Source of the DNA: an uncultured Gemmatimonadales bacterium
Lineage (GTDB): Bacteria > Gemmatimonadota > Gemmatimonadetes > Gemmatimonadales > Gemmatimonadaceae
Direction: 5' to 3'
NCBI GenBank assembly: GCA_963850905.1
Contig: CAWKMU010000004.1
Coordinates: 128,001 to 192,000, forward strand
DNA: 64,000 nt
Part shown: positions 49,615 through 58,477 of the stretch, in pieces
Layout: each line of letters begins with the position of its first letter
Numbering within the stretch: the stretch's first letter is position 1
Translations under genes and position numbers: made by a program
Notes under the pieces: model-generated
What the model was told of the DNA's origin: nothing
Database searches by the model: none
Seen by the model: only the letters and a program-made list of their open reading frames with translations

Positions 49615-51267
49615 CTAGCGGCGCCGCTTCGGCGCGAGCTTCTTCGCGCCCCCCTTGTCACCGGGCCGAGCGATTCGGGATCCCGGCCCGCTGCCCGCCG
49701 CCGCGCCAATCAGCGGCGCGGCCAACATCCCGCCTCCCAGCGGGTCCATTGCGCTCAAGCCGGCTGGCGCGCTGACGGCATCCAATCTCACGTCGGCAGG
49801 GATGGGCGAGCGCGTCACGCCCGCCGATGCAACCGCTTCGACCGCCGGCGTGCCAGACTCCCGCGGCTCCGACTCGACCACGTCTCCTCGCTCGGGAGTC
49901 TCCTCGAGGACGGCCACGAGCTCGGCGCGCAGTTCCGCCAGCGTAATGCCGAGCAGCTTCGCCGCGCGCGGCAAGTCGCCGTTCGTCGACGCAAATGTCC
50001 GGATCACGAGCTGCCGCCGCGCATCTCGCAGCGATGACCCGACGGGCACAGTCACTGATGTCGGTGTGTCGACGATCGTCGGCACACGGACATGTCGCGG
50101 CATGAGCTCACTCCGCGTGATCACCGGGCCGCGGGCGAGGACCACGGCGCGCTCCACCGCGTTCTTGAGGTCGCGGACGTTGCCGGGCCACGTATACGTG
50201 AGGATCCATTCGATGGCCGCGTCGTCGAATCCGCTGATGGTCTTGCCGTTCTGCTGTGCGAACCGCGCGAGGAACTCGTTGGCCAGGAGCTGAATATCCC
50301 CTGCCCGCTCACGCAACGGGGGCAAGAAGAGCTCGACGACCGCGAGACGATAGTACAAGTCCTCGCGGAGCTCGCCGTCCGCCAACGCGCGCTGCAAGTC
50401 CTTGTTCGTTGCTGCGACGACGCGGATTTCGACCGGGATTTCTTTCTTCCCCCCAAGGCGGCGCACCGTGCGCGTCTCGATGCTGCGCAGCAGCTTGACC
50501 TGAATGTCGGGGGGCATCTCGGCCACCTCGTCCAGGAACAGCGTACCTCCGCTCGCCATCTCGAACGCGCCAGGCTTCTCGTTGGTCGATCCGGTGAACG
50601 CGCCTTTCTCGTGCCCGAACAGCTCGTTCTCGAGTATCTCTTTGGGCAACGCCGCACAGTTCAGCGCGAAGAACGGGCCCTTGTTCCGCTCGCTCTTGCT
50701 GTGCAACGCACGCGCAACCAGTTCCTTGCCAGTACCCGATTCGCCAAGGATGAGCACATTGGCCGTCGATGGAGCGACGGCGTCGATGATTCGGTAGACT
50801 TCGCGCATCGACTCGGACGCGCCAGTGAGCTCGGCGTAGTGCGTGAGGCCCTGCAGCTGCGACGATAGCTCGCGGTTCCGCTCACGCACGGCGTACTTGT
50901 CGAGCGCCTTCGGAATGAGCGCCTTGAGGCGACTCAGCTTCTCTGCGTTGAGCGGCTTCTCAATGTAGTCGTACGCGCCGCTTTGCATCGCCTGAACGGC
51001 GGAGCCAATGGATGCCTGTCCGGTGATGATGATGCACTCGGTGGGGATCCCGCGACGCTGCAGCTCATCGAGCAAGGTCAGTCCGTCGACTCGCGGCATC
51101 TTGAGATCGGCGAGAGCCAGGCCAAATCGCTCGCTGGAAAGACGCTCCAACGCCTGCTCGCCGTCCCCCACGATCTCCACATCGTAGTGGAGATCGGCCA
51201 GGATCGCGCTCAAACCTGCGGCGATCGCCGGCTCGTCATCCGCAATGAGAATCTTTGGTTGGGTCAT
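49615..51267 (-). CDS. Sigma54-dependent response regulator (REC-AAA+); frame open upstream to 51678
   Basis: KILIADDE, DLKMP, GESGTGKE, ENELFGHEKGAFTGS, WPGNVRDLKN. Confidence 0.95.
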   Translation of the reverse strand: MTQPKILIADDEPAIAAGLSAILADLHYDVEIVGDGEQALERLSSERFGLALADLKMPRVDGLTLLDELQRRGIPTECIIITGQASIGSAVQAMQSGAYDYIEKPLNAEKLSRLKALIPKALDKYAVRERNRELSSQLQGLTHYAELTGASESMREVYRIIDAVAPSTANVLILGESGTGKELVARALHSKSERNKGPFFALNCAALPKEILENELFGHEKGAFTGSTNEKPGAFEMASGGTLFLDEVAEMPPDIQVKLLRSIETRTVRRLGGKKEIPVEIRVVAATNKDLQRALADGELREDLYYRLAVVELFLPPLRERAGDIQLLANEFLARFAQQNGKTISGFDDAAIEWILTYTWPGNVRDLKNAVERAVVLARGPVITRSELMPRHVRVPTIVDTPTSVTVPVGSSLRDARRQLVIRTFASTNGDLPRAAKLLGITLAELRAELVAVLEETPERGDVVESEPRESGTPAVEAVASAGVTRSPIPADVRLDAVSAPAGLSAMDPLGGGMLAAPLIGAAAGSGPGSRIARPGDKGGAKKLAPKRRR

Positions 51268-51678
51268 AGGCGCGGGTTTAGGCTGGTGCGCAATGTAACC
51301 GTGACGCGCGGCTGACGCCGCTTGATTGTGGTCGGCACGCAATTTGTCGGACGGAGCGCTCGGAGCCAATGCGCTGGCTGATTCGCCCGCACGTGTCGAT
51401 TGCGCGATCTGGCTCCCGTGGGGTGCGCCAGCGTACGTATCGGACGCTCGTTCGCGCGATCCAGTCGCGAGGAGCTGTGCCAGTTCCTCACAGTGCACGA
51501 CGGTCGCGTCCAGGAATCGATTCGTCGCCGGCGGCACCGTGTCGCACCGCGCGAGTGACGCTCGCAGCGCCTCGAGGCTGACGAGCACTGCGTTGATCGA
51601 GTTCCGCACCGTGTGATCAAAATCGGCCTCCGCCCGCCTGGTCGAGGGCTCAGTCACGTGGCCTCCACTCGCTGACAT
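51268..51678 (-). CDS. HisKA/DHp-like two-helix segment plus low-complexity linker, in frame with the response regulator
   Basis: FDHTVRNSINAVLVSLEAL...NRFLDATVVHCEELAQLL resembles an H-box helix pair. Confidence 0.55.
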
Positions 51679-51705
51679 GCGTGACGCACGCGGAATGCAA
51701 GTTGA

Positions 51706-53133
51706 TCAGTCACTGAGCTCCAGATCATCGGGCGCGGCATCGACCCGGGTGTGCCCGGACGTGCCCGGTGCCGGTCGGTGATGCTCGATGGGCTGCACGT
51801 ATTGCGCGACCATGCCGGTCGTACCGCCGACCGCCAACTGCTTGAAGAGGAACTCGAACTTCGCGTCGTACGCGTCCGCCAATTGCTGCTTGACTTGGGG
51901 CGAGAGGTCCCAGAACGCGCGCTTGAACGGACCGAGCGCTTTCTTGCGCGTCTTGTAGATGAACTGCTCATCGGTGTCCGTTGGTTTGCGCTCATCCTTG
52001 GCGTTCACCCGAAGCCATTCATAGATCTCGTCGCGCAACTCGGCGGGAATGCCGTCGTACAACATGTTCTGGAAGTTCGTTGCGAGGTGGATCTCTGCCG
52101 TCTCCGTGCGCGGAAAGTGATTGAAGGCCGCATCGGGCAGCGTCGACGCGCCGTGCTGGACCGCGCCTGCCAATCCGTAATCGTGACGCGCCACGCGCGA
52201 CAGATCCTCGAGCGTGTGAAAGTCCAGCTTTACATCCGCAATTGATCCATCCGGCAGGACGACACCGCCATGCGACGTGCCGGACTGCACGCTGATCTTG
52301 GATAGGCCCGGCGTGTCAGGCGGCAGTCGCTTCGCGAGAACGGCGTTGAGCCCATCCATGTACGCCCGCAACTCGCCCACTGTGCTGTTCTGGGTGCCGA
52401 CCTCGCCGATCTCGCCACCAATGGAGATGGTCACACCTTTGGGCTGGATCGAGCGGACGAGCGCCGAGATCTCACCACCGACCTCGACGTTGAGCCGCTG
52501 CTGATCGGCCAGCGTTTGCCGATGCATGTCGACGAGGGTCGACGTGTCGACATCGATGTTGTAGAAGCCGGCGGCGACCGATTCACGCGCTAACTGGATC
52601 ACCGCGTCGACCTCGGGCCGCGGGTCGGCCGCGTACTTCTTGGCGTTGATTTGATAATGGTCGCCCTGGATGAACACCGGGCCGCGGAAGCCTTCGCGCA
52701 GCGCGGCCGCCAGGATCACCGCCACATACTCCGCCGGTCGCTGGTCGGTATATCCGATCTCCGATCGAGCGATCTCGCAAATGAACGCGCCGGCGTCCAA
52801 ACGTTTGGACGTCCGAAACACCGATCGCGCGGTGTCGTATGCCATGCCACGCACGTTGATCGCCGGCACCGTAAACCCGTGCACCAAGCCGCGCCCGCGC
52901 GCCATATACAGGCCGTTGATCGATGATGGCCGAACGCCGACCTGCTGGGCGACCTCCCAGATCAACCACCGCGCCGCCTCCCGGACCGGCCCATCGCCAA
53001 AGACCGCATCGCGCGCGAGCCGGTCCATGCGATCGGTTGCCAGCACGTCCGCTCGGCGCACGATCACGCGAGCCTGATCGACCGCAACGGCATCGCCAAA
53101 CGGGTGCACGTACGGAGCAGTGAGTGTCGGCAT
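51706..53133 (-). CDS. fba: Class II fructose-bisphosphate aldolase family, long form
   Basis: FTVPAIN, FIQGDH, GGEIGEVG, GTSHGG, VQHGAS, EIHLAT. Confidence 0.85.
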   Translation of the reverse strand: MPTLTAPYVHPFGDAVAVDQARVIVRRADVLATDRMDRLARDAVFGDGPVREAARWLIWEVAQQVGVRPSSINGLYMARGRGLVHGFTVPAINVRGMAYDTARSVFRTSKRLDAGAFICEIARSEIGYTDQRPAEYVAVILAAALREGFRGPVFIQGDHYQINAKKYAADPRPEVDAVIQLARESVAAGFYNIDVDTSTLVDMHRQTLADQQRLNVEVGGEISALVRSIQPKGVTISIGGEIGEVGTQNSTVGELRAYMDGLNAVLAKRLPPDTPGLSKISVQSGTSHGGVVLPDGSIADVKLDFHTLEDLSRVARHDYGLAGAVQHGASTLPDAAFNHFPRTETAEIHLATNFQNMLYDGIPAELRDEIYEWLRVNAKDERKPTDTDEQFIYKTRKKALGPFKRAFWDLSPQVKQQLADAYDAKFEFLFKQLAVGGTTGMVAQYVQPIEHHRPAPGTSGHTRVDAAPDDLELSD

Positions 53134-53318
53134 GGTCACGCTGGTAGACGGTGAAACACCTAACCCCACGATCGATCGGCGCCGGTTCGGAAAGGCCGGT
53201 CTCCGAAACCCCGCCGCATAACGTAACTACCTATGCACAAACGATTTACGGTCTGAAGCCCGACGAGGCCCCCTAGAATTTATCGTCGTGGCGAGGGACC
53301 GACCAGCAGCAATTCTTC

Positions 53319-53334
53319 AGCAACTTGCTTGCCG
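53319..53334 (-). promoter_or_regulatory. Candidate sigma54 -24/-12 promoter upstream of fba
   Basis: Minus strand CGGCAAGCAAGTTGCT (GG-N10-GC). Confidence 0.45.
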
Positions 53335-53362
53335 AGTTCGCTGGCCGCGCGATGGGGATCCG

Positions 53363-54142
53363 TCAATCCACGCGGACCGTCAAACCATCGAACGCCGGCA
53401 TGATGCCCCGTGGCAGCTCGGCCTCGAGGTCCGCGTGAAAGTTGTCATGCGTCAGGTGCGTCAAGTAGGTCCGCTCGACGTTCAATTCCTGAGCGGTCCG
53501 CACCGCTTCCGGTACACTCAGGTGCGTCGGGTGCTCGGTCCGAAACAGCGCGTTGAGCACGAGCACTTTCACCCCGGCGATAGCGGCGCGGACATCGGGC
53601 GGGACGGACTTCGCATCGGTGATATACGCGATCGGACCGATTCGATAGCCGAACACCTCCGAGCGCCCGTGCGGGACCGGGATGGGGAGCACGGTGGCAT
53701 CGCCGATGAGGGTACCTTCGTGCGGTCGCAGGACCAGGGCGCGCCCCTCGGGCTTCGACGTCCCCGGTAGGGGCCGCATGTTCTCATCGAAGACATATGG
53801 GAACTTGCGAGCCAGGGCCTCGAGGGTGCTGGCCGACCCGTACATGGGCAGCGGACCGTCGCGCCGCACGGAGACTGCCCGCACGTCATCGAGCCCGTGG
53901 GTGTGGTCGGCGTGATCGTGCGTGAAGAGCACCGCGTCCACCCGATCGATAGCGTTGGCAATCAGCTGCATACGCAACTCCGGCGGCGTGTCGATCAGAA
54001 ACCGGGTGCCGGTCTCCGTCTCGATGACAGCGCCGACCCGTGTGCGTTTGTCGCGGGGGTCGGACGAGCGGCACACCGCGCAGTGACAGCCGATCTGCGG
54101 CACACCAAAGCTCGTGCCGGTGCCGAGAAACGTCAGCTTCAG
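53363..54142 (-). CDS. PhnP-like metallo-beta-lactamase-fold hydrolase
   Basis: LTFLGTGTSFGVP.IGC.C.VC, THDHADHTHG, AYITD, THL, THLTH. Confidence 0.93.
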   Translation of the reverse strand: MKLTFLGTGTSFGVPQIGCHCAVCRSSDPRDKRTRVGAVIETETGTRFLIDTPPELRMQLIANAIDRVDAVLFTHDHADHTHGLDDVRAVSVRRDGPLPMYGSASTLEALARKFPYVFDENMRPLPGTSKPEGRALVLRPHEGTLIGDATVLPIPVPHGRSEVFGYRIGPIAYITDAKSVPPDVRAAIAGVKVLVLNALFRTEHPTHLSVPEAVRTAQELNVERTYLTHLTHDNFHADLEAELPRGIMPAFDGLTVRVD

Positions 54143-55638
54143 ACGCGCTCCACTTTCAGGAGATTGGTGGTGCCCGGCACGTCGAACGGCACGCCGGCGG
54201 TCACCAACACGCGGTCGCCAGCGTGTGCGAGCCCACGCCCAAGAGCTGCCGCGCGCGCCAGCGGCACGGCCGCTTCGTAGCTGGACACGTGGTCGATCAG
54301 GTGCGGGATCACCCCCCACACGAGCGCGAGCTGGCGGTACGTCCGCGGCTCGTCAGTGAGCGCAAGAATTGGGACCGTGGGCCGATGCGAGGCCACGACT
54401 CGCGCGCTGAACCCGCTCTTGGTGATCACGATGACCAGTGGCGTCGCCAGCATGCGCGCCGCCGCGCACGTCGCCGCCGCGATGGCCTCCTCTGTCGGAA
54501 CCACGCGCTCACGGTCGGCGCGGCGTGTGCGTTGTTCCTCTCGCCCCGCGGGCCGTGCGTGCGCTTCGATCTCAGCCGTGATGCGCCGCATCGCCTCGAC
54601 CGCCAACCGAGGGAACGACCCCGCGGCCGTCTCCGCCGACAGCATGACGGCATCCGTTCCGTCGAGAATGGCGTTCGCCACGTCGCTGGCCTCCGCCCGC
54701 GTCGGCCGCGGATGCTCGATCATCGACTCGAGCATCTGCGTGGCGGTGATGACGGGGCGGCCCAGGAGATTCGCGAGTCGGATGATCCGCTTCTGCGCGA
54801 TCGGCACCTCCTCGAACGGCAGCTCCACGCCCAGATCGCCACGCGCCACCATGACACCATCGGCCGCCCGCACAATGCTGTCGATGTTGTGCAGCGCGGC
54901 ATCCTTCTCGATCTTCGCCACGATCAGGAGTCGCGGCGGCAGGATCGCCCGCAGCGCGCCAATGTCGTCTGCCCGCCGCACGAAACTCATCGCGAGGTAG
55001 TCGAGATCGTGCGCGACCGCAAAGGCCGCATCCTCTCGATCCTTCTCCGTGATCGACGGCGCGGTGACCTGCACTCCCGGCAGATTGATGCCCTTGTGGC
55101 TCGTGAGCTCGCCGCCATGCACGACGCGGACGACGACGCGCGGTGGCACGGCATCCATCACGAACAGCTCGAGCAGTCCGTCATTGATGAGCAGGCGATC
55201 GCCGGTGTGCACATCGTTCGCCAAGGCGTCGTACGTGATGGGGATCTCGCCGGCGCTCGCCCGATGCTCGGGCACCAACACAGCCTCGTCCCCAGGCACG
55301 AGCACAAGCGGCGCCGCGAGATCGCCAATGCGAATACGCGGGCCCTGCAGATCACCAAGGATCGCCACTGGCTGCCCGCGCGCCGCAGCCGCACGTCGCA
55401 CCCGAGCGATCGTGTCGGCGTGCTCCGCGTGGGTGCCATGCGAGAAGTTGATGCGCGCCACGTTCATGCCGGCGTCGATCAGGTCGCCAATGCTGCTGTC
55501 TGTGGCTGTTGCTGGACCCAGGGTGCAGACGATCTTGGCTCGCGGCCGCGCCAGGCCGGCCGCACCCACCGGTCGATGTGAGGCGTGCGGCGTGACGGTT
55601 GGCGTCAGGATGGGCGTCAATGTGCTGGGTGTGGCCAC
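54139..55638 (-). CDS. pyk: Pyruvate kinase
   Basis: KIVCTLGPA, ARINFSHG, DLQGP.IR, VAKIE, MVARGDLGVE, ATQMLESM, VMLSAETA. Confidence 0.97.
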   Translation of the reverse strand: MATPSTLTPILTPTVTPHASHRPVGAAGLARPRAKIVCTLGPATATDSSIGDLIDAGMNVARINFSHGTHAEHADTIARVRRAAAARGQPVAILGDLQGPRIRIGDLAAPLVLVPGDEAVLVPEHRASAGEIPITYDALANDVHTGDRLLINDGLLELFVMDAVPPRVVVRVVHGGELTSHKGINLPGVQVTAPSITEKDREDAAFAVAHDLDYLAMSFVRRADDIGALRAILPPRLLIVAKIEKDAALHNIDSIVRAADGVMVARGDLGVELPFEEVPIAQKRIIRLANLLGRPVITATQMLESMIEHPRPTRAEASDVANAILDGTDAVMLSAETAAGSFPRLAVEAMRRITAEIEAHARPAGREEQRTRRADRERVVPTEEAIAAATCAAARMLATPLVIVITKSGFSARVVASHRPTVPILALTDEPRTYRQLALVWGVIPHLIDHVSSYEAAVPLARAAALGRGLAHAGDRVLVTAGVPFDVPGTTNLLKVERV

Positions 55639-56003
55639 GGCGGTCTGCGAGCGAGGCGGTCGAACGGGGCTGGCGACCGGCGAAGGTTAACTCCCGTCCT
55701 CAGAGGGTCCAAGCGCGTCGCCACGAGCGGGCCGCCAGTGCGTGCGCAGCGAGACTCGAGCGGGCGGACTGCGCCTGGGGCCACTCGAAGAGGCCCCTCC
55801 ATCACGCCCGAGGGCACCCTCGTCACGAGGTGACAAAGCGGCAGGCGTCGTCCTGTTAAGATCTGCAGCCCTGCTTAACGCCCCCAACAATACGTCGTCA
55901 TCCCTCCGATCACTGCGGCAGTGTTGCCGCACCGCGGGCGCAGCCGGATCGGCCCGGACGTGTGAGAACCAGTCGCGGCCCTGCCGCACTCAGGAGGTGT
56001 CCC

Positions 56004-56924
56004 ATGGAGTACCGTAGCACGTTGACAGCCATAGGTGCCTTGGCGGCATTGGCCGCGCTGTCCGCCTGTTCGTCGGCAGGAACGGCGATCGGGCCCAATA
56101 ACAGCGGTTTGCAAAATCAGATCGCCAACGACGTCGCGGCGAGCACCGGTCAGGCCGTGGTGTCCGATATCGACGAGACCGGGAATGACGGTGGCGATGA
56201 CGAAGGCACCTCGGCCGTCGTCATGACGCCCCGTGGGTTCATGATGCCGCACGCCGCCTCGGTGTCGTTCGGGATGGGCAGCAGCAACTGCACCCAGACC
56301 GGCCTGCCGGACCTGCGTTACTACTGCACGCCCGACACCCTCACGATCTCGACGTCCGCGCCGTCCCGCGCAGACACGCTGATCCGCTCGTGGAACTACG
56401 AGTTCTTCGCCGAGGACACGGCGCAGTCGAAGCCGGATAGCTATACCGATTCGATCAACTTCGGTGGTCCGAACGGCGTGCTGGTGTACGCAGCGATCCA
56501 CCGGGCACGCTGGGAGGGCAAGAGCCACCGGGTGCGCAACCACTCGGTCACTGACCACCCGTCGTTCGCGCAAGACTCGAAGCAGCAGAGCACGTGGAAC
56601 GGCAACACCGTTGCGAACGACACGGCCGCATACACGGGCACGGTCTGGTCAGTCGACTACACCGGCGTCGCGTATGACACCACGGCCGACGTGATTTATC
56701 AGCGGCCCCGCGGACAGAATCCCTTCCCGCTTTCCGGTCAGTACCACCGGTGGGCGACATGGGCCTTCACCGCGAATGGTCCGAGCACCGTGACCGGAAC
56801 GATCACACGCCATATCGTGGTGACGTTCAACGGGACTGACACGGCCCAGCTGCAAGTGATCGGGACGACGACCATGACCTGCGACGTCAACCTCGTCACC
56901 GGCGACGTATTCAACTGCCAATAG
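56004..56924 (+). CDS. Hypothetical Thr-rich beta-strand lipoprotein
   Basis: AGGAGG SD; lipobox LSAC; Cys pairs including C-terminal CDVNLVTGDVFNC. Confidence 0.85.
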   Translation: MEYRSTLTAIGALAALAALSACSSAGTAIGPNNSGLQNQIANDVAASTGQAVVSDIDETGNDGGDDEGTSAVVMTPRGFMMPHAASVSFGMGSSNCTQTGLPDLRYYCTPDTLTISTSAPSRADTLIRSWNYEFFAEDTAQSKPDSYTDSINFGGPNGVLVYAAIHRARWEGKSHRVRNHSVTDHPSFAQDSKQQSTWNGNTVANDTAAYTGTVWSVDYTGVAYDTTADVIYQRPRGQNPFPLSGQYHRWATWAFTANGPSTVTGTITRHIVVTFNGTDTAQLQVIGTTTMTCDVNLVTGDVFNCQ

Positions 56925-57028
56925 GACGTTAGTCGCTGGGCGTTAGACGTTGGAAAAAACCTCGGGGTCAGCAGCGGTTCACTTTGCTGGCCCCGAGGTT
57001 TGTCGTCGAGCGTCTAGCGTTTAGCCCC
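56925..57028. repeat. Heptamer-armed hairpin element, copy 3; fills the whole gap between two convergent stop codons, possible bidirectional terminator
   Basis: GACGTTA-GTCGCTG-GGCGTTA-GACGTTG, core AAACCTCGGGGTCAGCA...TGCTGGCCCCGAGGTTT, GAGCGTC-TAGCGTT-TAGCCCC. Confidence 0.9.
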
Positions 57029-58171
57029 TCACACCAACGCGTGCCGTTTCCGCTCCAAGCCGGCCAGGAGGGAATCATAGGACTTCTGAAAGCTGGCGAT
57101 CCCCTCGCGAAGGAGTTGGTCGGTCACGTCCGTCATTGACACACCAGCCGCCTCGATATCGGCGATCACGCGGTCGGCCTGCGGGAGGTCCGCGTCGACG
57201 GTGCGCGCCACGACGCCATGGTCACGGAACGCTTCGAGGGTCGCGGGTGGCAAGGTGTTGACGGTGTCGGGCCCGATCAGTTGCTCCACGTACATCACGT
57301 CGCGATACGTAGGATTCTTCGTGCTGGTGCTCGCCCAGAGCGGCCGCTGTACGTGGGCGCCCTTTTCCGCGAGCGGCGCCCACCGAGCACCCGCAAACCG
57401 CTGCAGGAACAGCTGGTAGGCATGCTTCGCGTTGGCAATCGCCGCGCGCCCGCGAAGACCCAGGATGCGGTCGCGGTCGGCGCCGCTGCGCTGCGCCGCG
57501 AGGGCATCGAGCCGCTTGTCGACTTCCGTATCCACGCGACTCACGAAGAAGCTCGCAACCGAGGCGATCCGATCGATCGGTTGCCCGGCACGGACACGGT
57601 CCTCGAGACCCGCAATGTACGCTTCGATCACCCGGGCGTGGGCCTCGACGGCGAAGAGCAAGGTGATATTCACGTTGATGCCCGCCGCCGTGAGCTCCCG
57701 AACGGCACGCGCCCCTTCGACGGTGCCCGGGACCTTGATCAGGACGTTGGGGCGCGCAACGGATGACCAGAGGCGCCGTGCCTCGTCGACCGTGCGCTTC
57801 GCGTCCCGGGCAACCCCGGGCGACACTTCGATCGATACATAGCCGTCTCCACTTCGCGTCGCATCGTACACCGGGCGGAACAAATCACACGCGTTCCGCA
57901 CGTCTTCCGTCGCGATCTCCTCGAAGAGCGCCGACGGCGTGGCCTCGGGATCGCTCCCGATCGCCGCGAGCTGGGCGTCGTATGCCGTTCCCTCAGCCAA
58001 CGCTTTTTCGAAAATCGTTGGATTGGAGGTCATGCCCGTGACCGCATCGTCACGGATTCGGTGTTGGAGGTCGCCATTGTGCAGCATGGTTCGGTCAATG
58101 AAGTCCAACCAAATGGATTGGCCAGCATCGTGAAGCCGCTGCAGCGGAGAGGAACTCTGAGGAGTTGGCAT
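57029..58171 (-). CDS. tal: Transaldolase
   Basis: SIWLD, TSNPTIF, VSIEV, LIKVP, NVNITLLF, SFFVSR, RPLWASTSTK. Confidence 0.96.
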   Translation of the reverse strand: MPTPQSSSPLQRLHDAGQSIWLDFIDRTMLHNGDLQHRIRDDAVTGMTSNPTIFEKALAEGTAYDAQLAAIGSDPEATPSALFEEIATEDVRNACDLFRPVYDATRSGDGYVSIEVSPGVARDAKRTVDEARRLWSSVARPNVLIKVPGTVEGARAVRELTAAGINVNITLLFAVEAHARVIEAYIAGLEDRVRAGQPIDRIASVASFFVSRVDTEVDKRLDALAAQRSGADRDRILGLRGRAAIANAKHAYQLFLQRFAGARWAPLAEKGAHVQRPLWASTSTKNPTYRDVMYVEQLIGPDTVNTLPPATLEAFRDHGVVARTVDADLPQADRVIADIEAAGVSMTDVTDQLLREGIASFQKSYDSLLAGLERKRHALV

Positions 58172-58254
58172 GGATGGAAACTACACGTGAGGCGATCGCA
58201 AAGGCGACCTCGTGGGCGTCCGCGAGCCTGTAACGATCGGCCGCGTCGGCGCCC

Positions 58255-58443
58255 TTACTTCTCCGCCCGAATCGCACGCCCACGGGCCTCGGCAAGCGCA
58301 CGAGCGATCCCGCGATAAAACGCCGCGTCGTCACGGCGCGCTTCCTCTTCCAGCGCGACCGCGGTGCGCTCGAGGGCAAAGAGGATGTTCCCAAGATAGA
58401 GCTCAGCGACCTCGCCGACCGAATCCGGGCGTTCATCTGTCAC
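58255..58443 (-). CDS. Small helical hypothetical protein
   Basis: VAELYLGNILFALER...FYRGIARALAEARG; GAGG upstream of GTG. Confidence 0.7.
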   Translation of the reverse strand: MTDERPDSVGEVAELYLGNILFALERTAVALEEEARRDDAAFYRGIARALAEARGRAIRAEK

Positions 58444-58477
58444 GGCGATCCGCCTCTCACCGGCCGCGCACGACCCA

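Noticed and set aside
55640..55850. Riboswitch upstream of pyk
   Set aside because: Several GC hairpins, but no conserved aptamer motif recognised.
56925..57028. Hairpin elements as integron attC sites
   Set aside because: GTTAGAC lies on the wrong side, there is no RYYYAAC...GTTRRRY frame, and no cassette array or intI.
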